NCBI GenBank assembly: GCA_964016885.1
Contig: OZ024754.1
Location: 15,562,001 to 15,626,000, forward strand
Length of the DNA stretch: 64,000 nt
Source: Eledone cirrhosa
Taxonomy: Eukaryota
Direction of reading: 5' to 3'
The notes below the pieces were generated by a model, which had not been told where the DNA came from, searched no databases, and worked only from the letters and a program-made list of their open reading frames with translations. The translations under genes were made by a program, and so were the position numbers. Positions within the stretch are counted from its first letter, which is position 1. Each line of letters opens with the position of its first letter. Of the stretch, positions 1 to 12,002 are shown in pieces.

Positions 1-236
1 ATATCACTGATTCCCGTATCCCTAGAGATAACGTCAGGGAATGACAGCTTCCTACTCCTAGTCAGGCTGGAGTCAGGGTTCCAGAGCAAGAGAGCGGATA
101 TGATTTCATTGCTGGCACGGTGACAGTGGCTAGCAAATTGAGCTTCCGAGATTTTAGAAGGGCAGAGGCTCGATGGAGTTTGCCATAGATTTTAGACAAG
201 GTGGGATGTCGTTTCCAATAGACAGGACCTGGGGGC
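1..236 (-). mobile_element. Fragment of the C-terminal ORF region of an RTE-type LINE (frameshifted; continues beyond window start)
   Basis: Minus strand reads ..WKRHPTLSKIYGKLHRASALLKSR / QFASHCHRASNEIISALLLWNP..RSRKLSFPDVISRDTG, resembling the WxxHPT..LYG..RRLxFAGHC..LLW segment of RTE-like ORF C-termini. Confidence 0.6.
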
Positions 237-721
237 AGAGATGGGGGACAGGGAATTCTGGGGCATGAGAGTGAGATCCATCATCTCGACAGTAGTCGAC
301 GAGTGATGGTGGTGGTGGTAAGATATATCACCTGTGCAACAATATAGATTATTGTTTAAAAATTAATCCCATGCATACCATGCTATTACATTATATATTT
401 AAATATAAATGTATATATACTTTATTATTACTACATTGTGTTAAAGGTAGATCCCTTATATACATGTTATTAATTTAAGTATTTAATTACACAAATGCCT
501 ATATAGTTTATTATTACATAATACATTAAATGTCTCAACATATTAAATATTCATTACTTTATATAATATAATTAAGCTATACTAGTTATACCAAAAGGTG
601 GTAACTTTATGTTTAATTCTAACAGTTTAACATATTTAACATATTTAACAATAATTCACAATACTATAATGAAGCCTTAGCTAAATCAGGACATATATTG
701 TATATAATTGTATAATTTATT

Positions 722-827
<106 letters not shown>

Positions 828-868
828 TTAAAGATCACTGGAATTCCATAAGAATCCAGCTTCGATAA

Positions 869-959
869 GTCTCGGCAGAAGCGGAGGGATAAGCAATCTT
901 GATAACCGTTAACAAACGAGAAACAGCTGTCGATTGCTTCCCTTTGTTTTTGCTGAGAC
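869..959 (+). ncRNA. Type I hammerhead ribozyme, U3-A8 core variant, with long extended stem I
   Basis: Stem I AAGCAATC(891-898)/GATTGCTT(932-939); core TTGATAA(899-905); stem II CGTT-aaca-AACG; GAAA(920-923); C-AGCT-G stem III with palindromic loop; GTC triplet (929-931). A further 20-bp helix pairs 869-888 with 940-959 (5 G-U pairs, no mismatches). Confidence 0.85.
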
Positions 960-1020
960 CAAGTAAGTGACTGAGTCACTACTTTAAAACTCATAGCGAA
1001 TGGTCTTCAAAATGTTTTTA

Positions 1021-1216
1021 AATAAACATACAGTATATTATCAAATATACTATACATACAGTCATACATATACATATATATATATATATATATAAATAAA
1101 CATACAGTATATTATCAAATATACTATACATACAGTCATACATATACATATATATATATATAAATAAACATACAGTATATCATCAAATATACTATACATA
1201 CAGTCATACATACATC
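1021..1216. repeat. Three tandem copies of a ~68-74 bp unit (AATAAACATACAGTATATTATCAAATATACTATACATACAGTCATAC..)
   Basis: Direct reading; units differ mainly in (TA)n length. Confidence 0.85.
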
Positions 1217-1372
1217 GCTATTTCAGAGCACTGGTGCTAATTTATACATATATATATATGTGTGTGTGTGTGTACGTTTGTGTGTGGTGTATTTATATGC
1301 GTTTTACACACACACGATATCAAGCATAAAACTAATAATATATTTCATCATTGTACTGTGTTGTTTGCTTTG

Positions 1373-1416
<44 letters not shown>

Positions 1417-1433
1417 GGGTGTATATGTATGTG

Positions 1434-1465
<32 letters not shown>

Positions 1466-1582
1466 AACATATATATATATATACATGCATACATACATAC
1501 ATACATACATACATACATACATACATACATACATACATACATACATACATACATACATACATACAGGCATACATACATATAT

Positions 1583-3906
1583 TCGGAGGTATCTGGTTGA
1601 CATTAGCACAAACGTTACTGGTCCCCAAGAACAAAGACACCCACTTGGCAAAAAACTACCGACCCATTGCATGCCAGAACTTGATGTATAAGATGTATAC
1701 AGCTTGCCTGAACCTATTCCTCCAAGATCACTGTGAAAATAATAACATCATCACATGAACAAGCAGCTGGAAAGAAAGGGGTTTGGGGATGTGCTGAACA
1801 ACTCCTAATCAACAAAACTGCGATGTCGGAGGTGCGACAACTTAGGAGGAATATGGCTACAGTCTGGCTGGACTACAGGAAAGCTTTCGATTCTGTTCCC
1901 CACTCTTGGACGATAGAAGCCCTCCAACTTGCTAAAGTCCCAGACATTATTGTCAGAGCCATAGAGAGGCTGTCTTCTTGGGCTACTATCCTAAGGTTAA
2001 AGACAGAGAGGGGGGACTCTATTTTCACTGATAAAATAAAATATTGCAGGGGTATATTTCAGGGGGACAGTCTCTCTGTGATATTATTCATCTTGTCATT
2101 AAACCCCTTGTCCTTTCTGCTCAAGAAATGTGAGGCTTACATCATTGGCTCACAGGAGGACAGAAATACGAACCTAATCCATAATTTCTTTGTGGACGAT
2201 CTGAAACTCTATGCCAAGAACATGGATGGGATGAAGAAAAATCTTGACCTGGTTACAACGTTCTCAAAGGATATAGGAATGGAGTTTAGCCAAGATAAAT
2301 GCTCATACATGACTGTAAAGCGGGGAAAAACAACAACCCAATCTAGCAACATTGTCATCAATGGCCTAACTGTTTCACCGATATCTGATGAGGACTGCTA
2401 CAGATACCTGGCGATAGATGAGAATATATCCTATAATGGTATCTGTAATAAAGAACGCGTAACCAGGGAATACTACACCCGATTAAGAAAGATCTGGTCA
2501 TCGGAACTCTCTGCGCAAAACAAAACAGTGGCTCACAATGTGTTTGCTGTGCCTGAACTAACACCAACGTTTGGAATACTCGATTGGACGATAGACGAAA
2601 TCCGAGCAGTTGATGTTGGAACTCGAAAAATACTAAACAACACCGGAAACTTCCACATCAACAGTGACATAGACCGCCTTTACTTGAAACGTAAGTAGAG
2701 AGGCAGAGGCCTAACATCAGTCCAGACAGCATTGGAATGTCGCATCATATCTCTCCGACAACATCTACGAACCTCGAAGCGTAGGAGCCCGTTTCTCGAG
2801 CAAGTCTATCTGCATGAAACAGATAAGATCATGAGAGTTTGGAAGGAACTCCTTGAGAGATATTCCCTGTGTGATAATCAAAAACTCACACCCAGGGATG
2901 TCGCTCAGCAGTATCGCAGTGAATCCATGGATGAAAAACTGCATGCTTAGCAGCAAAAAATCATGCATGGATATGTTGCCAGGAAGCTCCAGAGTGAGAG
3001 TAATATAGATAAGGAAAGTAGTATATCTTGGACCAACAACCGCTATATGGGCTCCCACTTTGAAGGATACGCTTTTGCAATCCAAGAACAGGAGATTAAC
3101 CCGAAATACCTGATTCACAAAAGAGATAGGGATGCAGGCAAAACACCTAGATGTGATAACAAGTGCAGACTCTGCAGAACTAACATCGAGCATATCACCC
3201 ATGTCATCAGCAGCTGTCCAAAGATGCCATCACGGTACTATCTACCTATGAGGCATGATGTAGTGGCCAAAACACTGTACAATGCAGTTCGTAAAAAAGA
3301 TAGCCCCGATAATAAACACATTAAAAGCTACAGCAATGTGGAAGACATCCATGTACATAATATGAAAGAGTACTGGTGGAATGTTCCAGTAAAACCCCAA
3401 TAAAATGCAGGCATAACAGACCAGATATTATGATATGGGACAGGGAGAAGAAAGCATGCACAGTAGTGGAAATTAGCTGTCCAGCAGATGCCAATATAAT
3501 ATCAAAGATTAGTGAAAAGGAGAATATTTATGCAGAACTGATGAGAAATTTGCAGATACTCCACCCTGATTACACCTTCAGATTTATGCCTGTGATTATT
3601 GGGGCACTGGGATATGTTAGTAACTGCCTCAATACAAATCTTTAGAAGCTAGGCTTCACAGGAACAGAAAGAACACAACTAGTTAGGAAATTACAATTAC
3701 AATCCATTAATGGAACAGTAAAAATATGTAAAACATTCCAGAAATGTTGCATCTAATAACTGCATATACACATGTACAGATGCATGCATACATACATATC
3801 TATCTAGTTGATGTTGTGTAAATTCCAATGAGAGAGTATTGTGTCTATGCTAGAAACCGACTCTCTCTCTATTGGTAAAACTTTGTGAAATTATAAAACC
3901 AGAAGA
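1583..3906 (+). mobile_element. 5'-truncated, decayed RLE-type non-LTR retrotransposon (R4/Dong-like): RT + CCHC zinc knuckle + restriction-like endonuclease
   Basis: ORF pieces carry NYRPIAC, EQLLIN, WLDYRKAFDSVPHSW, GIFQGDSLS, FFVDDLKLY, QEQEI, CRLC..HVISSC, RHD, RPDI, VVEISCP and KENIY. Frameshifts near 1750 and 3395; in-frame TAG at 2696, 2948 and 3643; likely natural stop near 3756. 3' UTR hairpin ~3825-3875. Candidate TSD ACATACATATAT at 1571-1582 and 3907-3918. Confidence 0.9.
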
Positions 3907-4349
3907 ACATACATATATACATATATGTATTTATTCGTGTGTATGTGTGTATGCATAAAGAGAGGGAGTGGATTGAGTCAGAGAGACGGGGCCTACTACT
4001 ACTACTACTACTATTGCATCTGCAACTGCTGCTGCTGCTGCTGCTGCTTAATGTCGCCATCTTATTGTCATCTTAATGTCGCCATCTTATCAATATAAAA
4101 CGTTCTGGATTGCGGTATAAATGTTTCTGTCCAAATGGCTTCCTGGAGCTATATTCACATGTTTGTGCACATGAACCTTGCGCTCCATGCTATAGTCATG
4201 TTTTCAAACATTAGATTAAGCACTTATTATGTTAGATTTTTTGTTATTGTTGGGTGTTTTTATGAATGTGGTAGTTCTGTGTTTCGTGTAGTAATTGTTT
4301 CGCTCCTCTCCAACAAAATATATTACGCAAATTATCTTCTCTCACTATG

Positions 4350-5390
4350 GATAAAATAAAGACTGTCGAGAAATTGATGTTTAGAAGAAAAAGAAATTGA
4401 TAATGCTGGATGGTAACTGGCAGGCTAAACAAAGATATGAATGCGATGACAGCAAATGTAAAATAGGGCCAGATTTAGGAATGAATGAATCGACAGTAAG
4501 AACAATTATAAGAAAAATAGATGGCTCTAAGGAAAACGGTAAAACTGAATCAACTGCATGTAAATAGAGAACAAAGAATAGAAAAAGTATTATAATTGAA
4601 ATCGAGTCTTTTTTCTTTGTAGATAGAAGATTGCAACTAAATCTGAATGCCCCTAAACACAATGGCTATTAAAATCAAAGTGTTGGGTATCTTCTCTACA
4701 ATTAAAGAAAATGTGATCTCAGCAAACATTGCAGAAATTCGTACAGCTAGTTCGGATTGGCTTGGGAGATACAAAACTCGAAAATTATTCATAATATTCA
4801 TATAATAGATAAGGTAAGAATACAGTACAAAAATACCTGGGTGTTTTGAATGATGATGTTTTGATAATAGACATATACTTAATATCGACCTATTTTGGTA
4901 AAGGATACCTTCAAATAATTTTTATTCAAGAAAAAATGTTGCAATCGGGATTTGAAGTTAGAAAGATCGATTAACCCTTTTACCGAGAAGAAAAGGAAAA
5001 GGGGTTCTTTAACTTAAAATCTATAATTATCATACACATAATTGGTGGGCTAAAAGCTGTATCCTACAATGCTACCAAGAAAGCATGCGACATAAGCTCT
5101 TTTTGAAAATTGTTTTTGTCAAATTATTTTGTCCTAAAGGTATTCTAAAAGGAATAATCTTACTTTGAAAGTTTTATTAATTTAGACAATGCTCCAAACC
5201 GCCATAATGAACTACTCGAAAATGTTGAAAATTATTTATTTTTTTTACCTTCGAATGCGTCTTGCATGTACTAAGTTAAAGTTAATAATTTGAAAGTTTA
5301 TTCTTTAAAAACTTACCTTTACTCTCGAGAGAAAATGCAACTTCATTAGAAGAATTTAAGAAACAATTTAATATAAAAGATGATATTGAT
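4350..5390 (+). mobile_element. Highly decayed Tigger/pogo-family DNA transposase (CENP-B-type HTH + DDE)
   Basis: Fragments read KQRYECDDSKCKIGPDLGMNESTVRTIIRK (HTH), TASSDWLGRYK, RKDRLT and LDNAP; many stops and frameshifts. TIRs not identified. Confidence 0.7.
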
Positions 5391-5391
5391 A

Positions 5392-5815
5392 TCTATATAT
5401 ATATAAAACGGAAGATGTCTGTCTGTGTGTGTGTATGATTTTTATGCATTTTCACATTTCTCTACCGATTTTGATGATTTATTTTCCAATGTGCTCCAAA
5501 TTTACCAAGGATGGTCAACGCGTAATAAACTTTGCCAAACATTTCCTGCTTCTATGAAAAAAAATCGATAAAACTAAATACATGCTGTAACCCTCTCTCT
5601 TACACGCTTAATTCCTCTCACTACTACCCTCAAAAATCTATGAAACTACATACATGCTGCAACTCTATATATATATATATCACACACATATACATATACA
5701 TCTAAAGAGAGAAAGGGAGATGTAGAGAGAGAGAGTGAGATAGGTCGTTATACAGAGAGAGGTACAAGATAATCAGAGAGAGAGAGAGAGAGAGAATGGC
5801 GACGAACGCTGGTTC

Positions 5816-5846
<31 letters not shown>

Positions 5847-5889
5847 AACACATATATATATAAAGACAGAGAGAGAGAGAGAGGGAGAG

Positions 5890-5966
<77 letters not shown>

Positions 5967-7168
5967 CGTTCTTTATTGTTCTCCATTCTGTAGAGGAAGA
6001 GAGAGAGATGGGGTATGAGTGAGAGAGAGAGAGAGGGTATGAGAAAAAAGGGAGAGGGGTTCAGAAAAAAAGAAAGTTTAAGCAAAGAATCGCTGCTTTC
6101 AAAATTAACGGGATCTTCTTAAACTAAAAAATTCAATCTGTGAACGCAGAATTAAATATTTCGAGAAACGTTGCAACCGAAGGAAAACAGGAAGACGATA
6201 TTTTGGTTCGTGAAGACGTTCCGTGGTAATGAACGGAAAAAAAGCGAGGATAATACGTCGTTATGTGGGCCGAGAAGAACAATTTCATGCAAAGACGAGA
6301 CCAAGTTTATGGTATAAATGGAGTCGTTAGACTAATATTCTATTTAAAATAACCGAATGATTTCCAGCCCCGGAGTTTAAGAATGATGTAAATAAAATTG
6401 TAAACGAAAATGACAGGGGTTATTAAAATAGTTGTTTCTACTTTTGGTACCAATTACCCAGTACATTACTGGTACTTTATTTTATCAACGCCGTAAGGAT
6501 GAAAGGCAAAGTTAACCTCGACGGGATTTTAACTGGAGTTCGCAACCGATTTTCACAAAACTTGACACATGGGCTACGTTTGTTCTAAAGATGGATGTGA
6601 AAGGAACTTAACATTGTAACTTTAACACAGCTACTGAGCAGCCCCGAGCAACTCCGGGCTTTACTGCTATAGGCGATAAAGTTGTGCAGACAGACAGTCG
6701 GGCTGATAGACGATGGAGGCATGTAGACTGACAGTCGTGCAGAGAGGTGATATAGGCGAAAAAGTTGTGCAGACAGATAGTCGTGCAGAGAGGTGATAGG
6801 CGATAAAATTGCATTTTTTTTTTTGTTTTACATGGCCATCCAATTTCTTTGTTTCAAAATAACATAGTTTGGTTACGCTGATGTTTTTCTCTGAGACAAG
6901 TGTTGCAGTGTTTACATTTTCGATTTTTGTTAATAGATTACCAGTGCAGTTTTTATCCCCAGCATCCTCTTTTGTTTTAACATTTGAGTTATGGTTATGT
7001 TTTCTTAACTTCATAAAGCATACTGTTGGTTGAGGAAATATTAATCAAAAGTACCACATGAAAGTCTACACTGTGGACTCTACAGTTTTTAAGCCAAGAA
7101 AGGAACTTAACATTGTAACTTTAACACAGCTACTGAGCAGCTCCGAGCAACGCCGGGCTTTACTGCTA

Positions 7169-7169
<1 letters not shown>
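5392..7169 (+). mobile_element. Non-autonomous Helitron-like element with duplicated 3' terminus
   Basis: 5' A|TCTATATATATAAAA..GATGTCTGTCTGTGTG; 3' GC hairpin (CCGAGCAACGCCGG) + CTAG at 7166-7169; an earlier copy of the same ~70 bp terminus lies at ~6600-6670. Pairing of these ends is inferred. Confidence 0.55.
6432..6535 (-). mobile_element. Partial tRNA-derived SINE (3' half)
   Basis: Matches the other copies (GTTTCTACTTTTGG..ACTGGTACTTTATTTTATC..AAGGATGAAAGGCAAAGTTAACCTCG). Confidence 0.8.
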
Positions 7170-7251
<82 letters not shown>

Positions 7252-7468
7252 TACATTGTAGGTTCATTTAACCCGTCTTTTATTATTCAAAAAACTTCTT
7301 GCCAATAAACAGTAACCTTTTGTGCGCCATTCATCTAATTGTAGACCAACAAATACCAAGTAAACGGAGCGTTGACAAAAACGATGGCGAATGAATCTTC
7401 GAGGTAAGCAGTTTCCTCCAGAGCTGTTAGTTCACGCGGGATTCTCTGCTACACCTTTTCGTAATAAT

Positions 7469-7685
7469 GGTTTCTTATATAGGCACAAGGCCAGCAATTT
7501 TGAGGGAGGGGAAAGTCGATTAAATCGACCCCCAGGGCGCGACTGGTACTTTATTTTATCGACCCCCGTAAGGATGAAAGGCAAAGTTAACCTCGGCGGG
7601 ATTTGAACTAAGAATGGCAAGGGCCGTAACTCTATACGTCAAAGCATGGCGTCCGACCCTCTACCGATACTGCCAATCCACCGCC
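7469..7685 (-). mobile_element. Full-length tRNA-derived SINE with 15-bp target site duplication
   Basis: A/B-box-like head; central GCCTTTCATCCTT..GGGGTCGATAAAAT..GTACCAG resembles the Meta domain (from recall). TSD CCTTTTCGTAATAAT at 7454-7468 and 7686-7700. Confidence 0.88.
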
Positions 7686-8166
7686 CCTTTTCGTAATAAT
7701 ACCGAACAACGTACTGCTGGTCACTCCTTCCTCCAAAAGCCGTACAAAGTGGACATGTGCATCGGATAGATGGATCGGGTGCAAATCTACACCAGGCCTA
7801 CGCAAGAAATTCGGAAGGGACTGCACCGAGAGGGATAGAGGGAAAGAGTAACTTAGTGGAAAGAGTGCGAATGAAGTTTTGAGGTAAGTAGCCAACGCCT
7901 TACTGCTATTGCACTGGAACCTTCTGCCAACTTAACCTGTGACTTTCTCTTTCACATTTACTCCAAAAGGCCAAATCAGAGGAGTATGAAAAGAAGGGGC
8001 TCAACAATATTTCTATGAACAATGCACGTAGACAGCTAAACTGTACTTTCAACTTCTTAATTTTCTCCAAATAAAACAAGTTTCCTGTCGGTATATTTTC
8101 GTGAGTCTTTAACAGGCAATCACAAATAAACGTTTCTCATTGGAGGTGCTATTACCAATGTTCTTA

Positions 8167-8194
8167 CCCGTGCAACGCCGGGATTCACTGCTAG
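8167..8194 (+). mobile_element. Helitron 3' terminus (hairpin + CTAG|T)
   Basis: CCCGTGCAACGCCGGG..CTGCTAG|T, the same motif as at 7141-7169 and 11857-11883. Confidence 0.6.
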
Positions 8195-8837
8195 TTTAAT
8201 ATAAAAGATTATATGAACCGTAGGAAAGACTATGAAGATGCAGCATGAATGCTATTTGGAAATATATTTTATCTTATTATGCTAACGGTTTCGCCGACCT
8301 TCCAAGACTTATAGAATAAATAAATAACTTTTGAAGACAGCTTGCCATCAGCGAGATAGATAATACAAATGTTTATAATTTCCCTAAATAAGTAGGAGGA
8401 ATTAACTGATCTTAACCTTTCTCTTGATATAAAACTAAAGAGCGGAATCGGAATGTTTATGGAAGTTAACAAGACATTAGATAAATGTTTCGTGAATTTG
8501 AAAAGTCCAAGCAATAAATAATAGCTATTGACCCTAATCTCCTTATAATATATAACCAGCAATTTCTCTGTCTGTCTGTCCGACAGTGGAAAAACGTGCG
8601 CGCGTGCGAATGTTTTTTGCGCACGCGTAGAGAGAGAGTGAGAGTGAAAGAAAGAGACAGACTACGAGAGGGAGATAGCGGGAGGGAGAGAGGGAGAGAG
8701 AGAGAGAGTGAATAGACGCTAAAGCACGTGCGCGCGTGCGAATGTTTTTTGCGCACGCGTAGAGTGAGAGTGAAAGAAAGAGACAGACTACAAGAGGGGG
8801 ATAGCGGGAGGGAGAGAGGGGGAATTGAGGAGTGCTA

Positions 8838-8991
8838 CAGAAACATATATATATTTCTGTGTGTGTGTAATATATATATATATACAGCCACAGAAATATA
8901 TATATATACACACAGAAATATATATACATTTCTGTGTGTGTAATATATATATATATACACACAGAAATATATATATACATTTCTGTGTGTG

Positions 8992-9038
<47 letters not shown>

Positions 9039-9062
9039 AATATATATACATTTCTGTGTGTA

Positions 9063-9093
<31 letters not shown>

Positions 9094-9121
9094 GAAATAT
9101 ATATACATTTCTGTGTGTGTA

Positions 9122-9154
<33 letters not shown>

Positions 9155-10482
9155 GAAATATATATATATTTCCGTGTGTGTATATATATATATATATATT
9201 ACACACACAGAAATGTATATATACTTCTGTGTGTATATATATATATATTACACACACAGAAATGTATATATATATACACACAGAAATATATATACATCCC
9301 TTAGCTACTGTACTGTATCTGTTGCTATCTCTCTCTCTCTCCAGCTATCCCTCTCTTTTAGTCTGTCTGTTTCTCTCACTCTCACTCTTTCTCTTTGTAA
9401 CTCACTAATATTCCTCCCCTCTATCGCTGTGACAAATGGGGAGATGGAGGAGGAGAAGGAGGAGGAGAGAGTCACTTCGTCACTTCACCTCTGCCTTTCT
9501 TTCTCTCCCCTCTCACTCCTTCATTACGTACAGACATTAGGGCGGTGGATTGGCAGAATCTGTAGAGAGTCGGACACCATGCTTCATAGCATGGAGTTAC
9601 GTCCCTTTACGGTCTGAGTTCAAATACCGCCGAGGTTAACTTTGCCTTTCATACTCACGGGGTCGATAAAATAAAGTACCAGTAATGTACTGGGTAATAG
9701 CTGGCCTTGTGCCAATAGTAGAATCAATTATTAGAAACATTGCTTCATTTTTACATATCTAAGCATTAGTAAAATAACTAATAATTTCAAAAGTAATTTT
9801 TCAATTCCAATTGTTATGAACAGCAAAACATTAATAATAATTTTGTTCTAAGAAATATATATACATTTCTGTGTGTGTAATATATATATATATACACACA
9901 CACAGAAATATATATACATTTCTGTGTGTGTAATATATATATATACACACAGAAATATATATACATTTCTGTTTGTGAAATATATATATATATATACACA
10001 CAGAAATATATATACATTTCTGTGTGTGTAATATATATATATATATACACACACACAGAAATATATATACATTTCTGTTTGTGTAATATATATATATATA
10101 TATACACACAGAAATATATATACATTTCTGTGTGTGTAATATATATATATATATACACACACACACAGAAATATATATACATTTCTGTTTGTGTAATATA
10201 TATATATATATATACACACAGAAATATATATACATTTCTGTGTGTGTAATATATATATATATATACACACACAGAAATATATATATATACACACAGAAAT
10301 ATATATACATTTCTGTGTGTGTAATATATATATATATACACAGAAAAATATATATACATTTTTCTGTGTGTGTAATATATATATATATATATATACACAC
10401 AAATATATATACATTTCTGTGTGTGTAATATATATATATATATATATACACACACAGAAATATATATACATTTCTGTGTGTG

Positions 10483-10539
<57 letters not shown>

Positions 10540-10548
10540 GAAATATAT
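8838..10548. repeat. Compound ~44-50 bp minisatellite (CACAGAAATATATATACATTTCTGTGTGTGTAA(TA)n) in two blocks, 8838-9297 and 9850-10548
   Basis: Direct reading; each unit contains the inverted pair CACAGAAAT/ATTTCTGTG. Confidence 0.9.
9539..9732 (+). mobile_element. Full-length tRNA-derived SINE
   Basis: A-box-like TGGCAGAATCTG (9551), B-box-like GAGTTCAAATACC (9616), Meta-like core and the 3' tail GGCCTTGTGCC..TAGAA. Confidence 0.88.
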
Positions 10549-10990
10549 GGCATTTCTCTGTTTGTCTGTCTGTCTGTCCGTTCCTAAAACTCAAATGTAG
10601 GTGCTACAGAAATATTACCTTCCCCTTCCTTTCTCCACTTTGGAACTACCAAGAGAAACACTGTCGCTATAGAAACATTACCTTCCCCTCTCCACTGACT
10701 TTGGTCACTGAGAGGACCATTTGAAGAAGGTTTCCATTGAATTTGTGGTTTGAAGAAGGTTGCCATTGAATTTGTGGTTGTTGCTGCTGATAATAAGGAC
10801 CATTTGAAGAAGGTTGCTGCTGATGAGGTAATTTATTAATCAGATTGCGCAGTTCCATAACCTCCGTCTGGAGCTGCGGGATTTGATTAATACGTTTGAT
10901 TTGTTCAATTTCTCATCCAAATCTCAACAATATCAGTATATACACTAGATTTGCTAGCAGAAAACCGCCCACCGGGTGGTTTTCTGCTAG

Positions 10991-11883
10991 TCTATATATA
11001 TAAAGCTGAGGATGTCTGTCTGCGTGTGTGTGTGAGTTTGAATCCCTAAAAGTCGAGAACCACCCAACCGACTGTTTTCAAACTTTACACATGTAACACT
11101 TATGTTTCAGGGAGTGTTCTGAGAAAAACAAATTTCAAATTTTCAATGCCCTAGGGACCGCATTAGGCGATTTAACGATCTCTCTCTATAATTCTTAGTC
11201 TTTCTCTTTTTAGATAGATACATACATATAACGTCACGCCCTTATAATATGTGTCTGTATGTCTGGCTGTCTGCATTACTTCACTTCCCTGAGGATGTGT
11301 GTGTGTGAGTTTGAATCCCTAAAACTCGAGAAGTACACAACGACTTTTTTCAAACTTTACATGTGTATTACTTATATTTCAGGGAGTGTTATGCATATTC
11401 AACTTTTTCATCCACTAGGGCCAGCATTAGGTGAAAAACTGCGTTTTTTCAGGTATTTATGGTTTTTTTAGGCGTTACGTCAGACTGATTTCCTTGAAAT
11501 TGTAACTATGTATTAGTCAGTCTCTTCTTCATACCGTTAGCAAAGAAAATCCAACTTTTTTTATGGCCTAGGGCCCGCATTAGGTGAAAAACTTCATTTT
11601 TACAGATTTTTAGGGCTTTTTTGAGGCGTTACGTCTAGCCGATTTTCCCGAAATTTCAAGGCATATTATGCACATAAAACAAATTATTTTCTTGATCCCC
11701 TAGGGCTCGCATTAGGTGAAAACCTGCATTTTTCCTGCTTCATCGAGGAAAATCTTAAAGATTATCCAGCCATTAGAGTATTCGGTTTATTTTCTTTACA
11801 TATTGTCGAGGCATGCAGTAGGTCTGTTGGCGGCCCGCGTTCCAAATTGCCTTATTCCGTGCTACGCCGGGTACCACTGCTAG
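10991..11883 (+). mobile_element. Non-autonomous Helitron (~0.9 kb)
   Basis: 5' TCTATATATATAAAGCTGAGGATGTCTGTCTG; internal repeats CTAGGG..GCATTAGG (x4); 3' CCGTGCTACGCCGG hairpin + CTAG|T (11880-11884). Confidence 0.75.
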
Positions 11884-12002
11884 TATATAATAAAATATAG
11901 AGGACCGATGAAAGTTGCAGAAAGAAAACTCGGATGTTATGAACAGAGAAATGGAAAGAAGATAAGTATATGAAAAGATAATAGTATGTAGATTTAACAT
12001 GC

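Noticed and set aside
7384-7410. ATGGCGAATGAATCTTCGAG|GTAAGC as a first coding exon (similar motif at ~7868)
   Set aside because: Good donor, but only 7 codons and no identifiable downstream exon.
8280-8352. Possible minus-strand hammerhead (CTGATGG..GGCGAAACCGTT)
   Set aside because: The core deviates and there is no convincing stem I.
9539-9630. tRNA gene
   Set aside because: The A/B-box-like motifs belong to a SINE head; no cloverleaf is evident.
10667-10900. Q/P-rich minus-strand ORF fragment (MELRNLINKLPHQQQP..)
   Set aside because: Short, internally repetitive and no recognisable domain; possibly a TE remnant.
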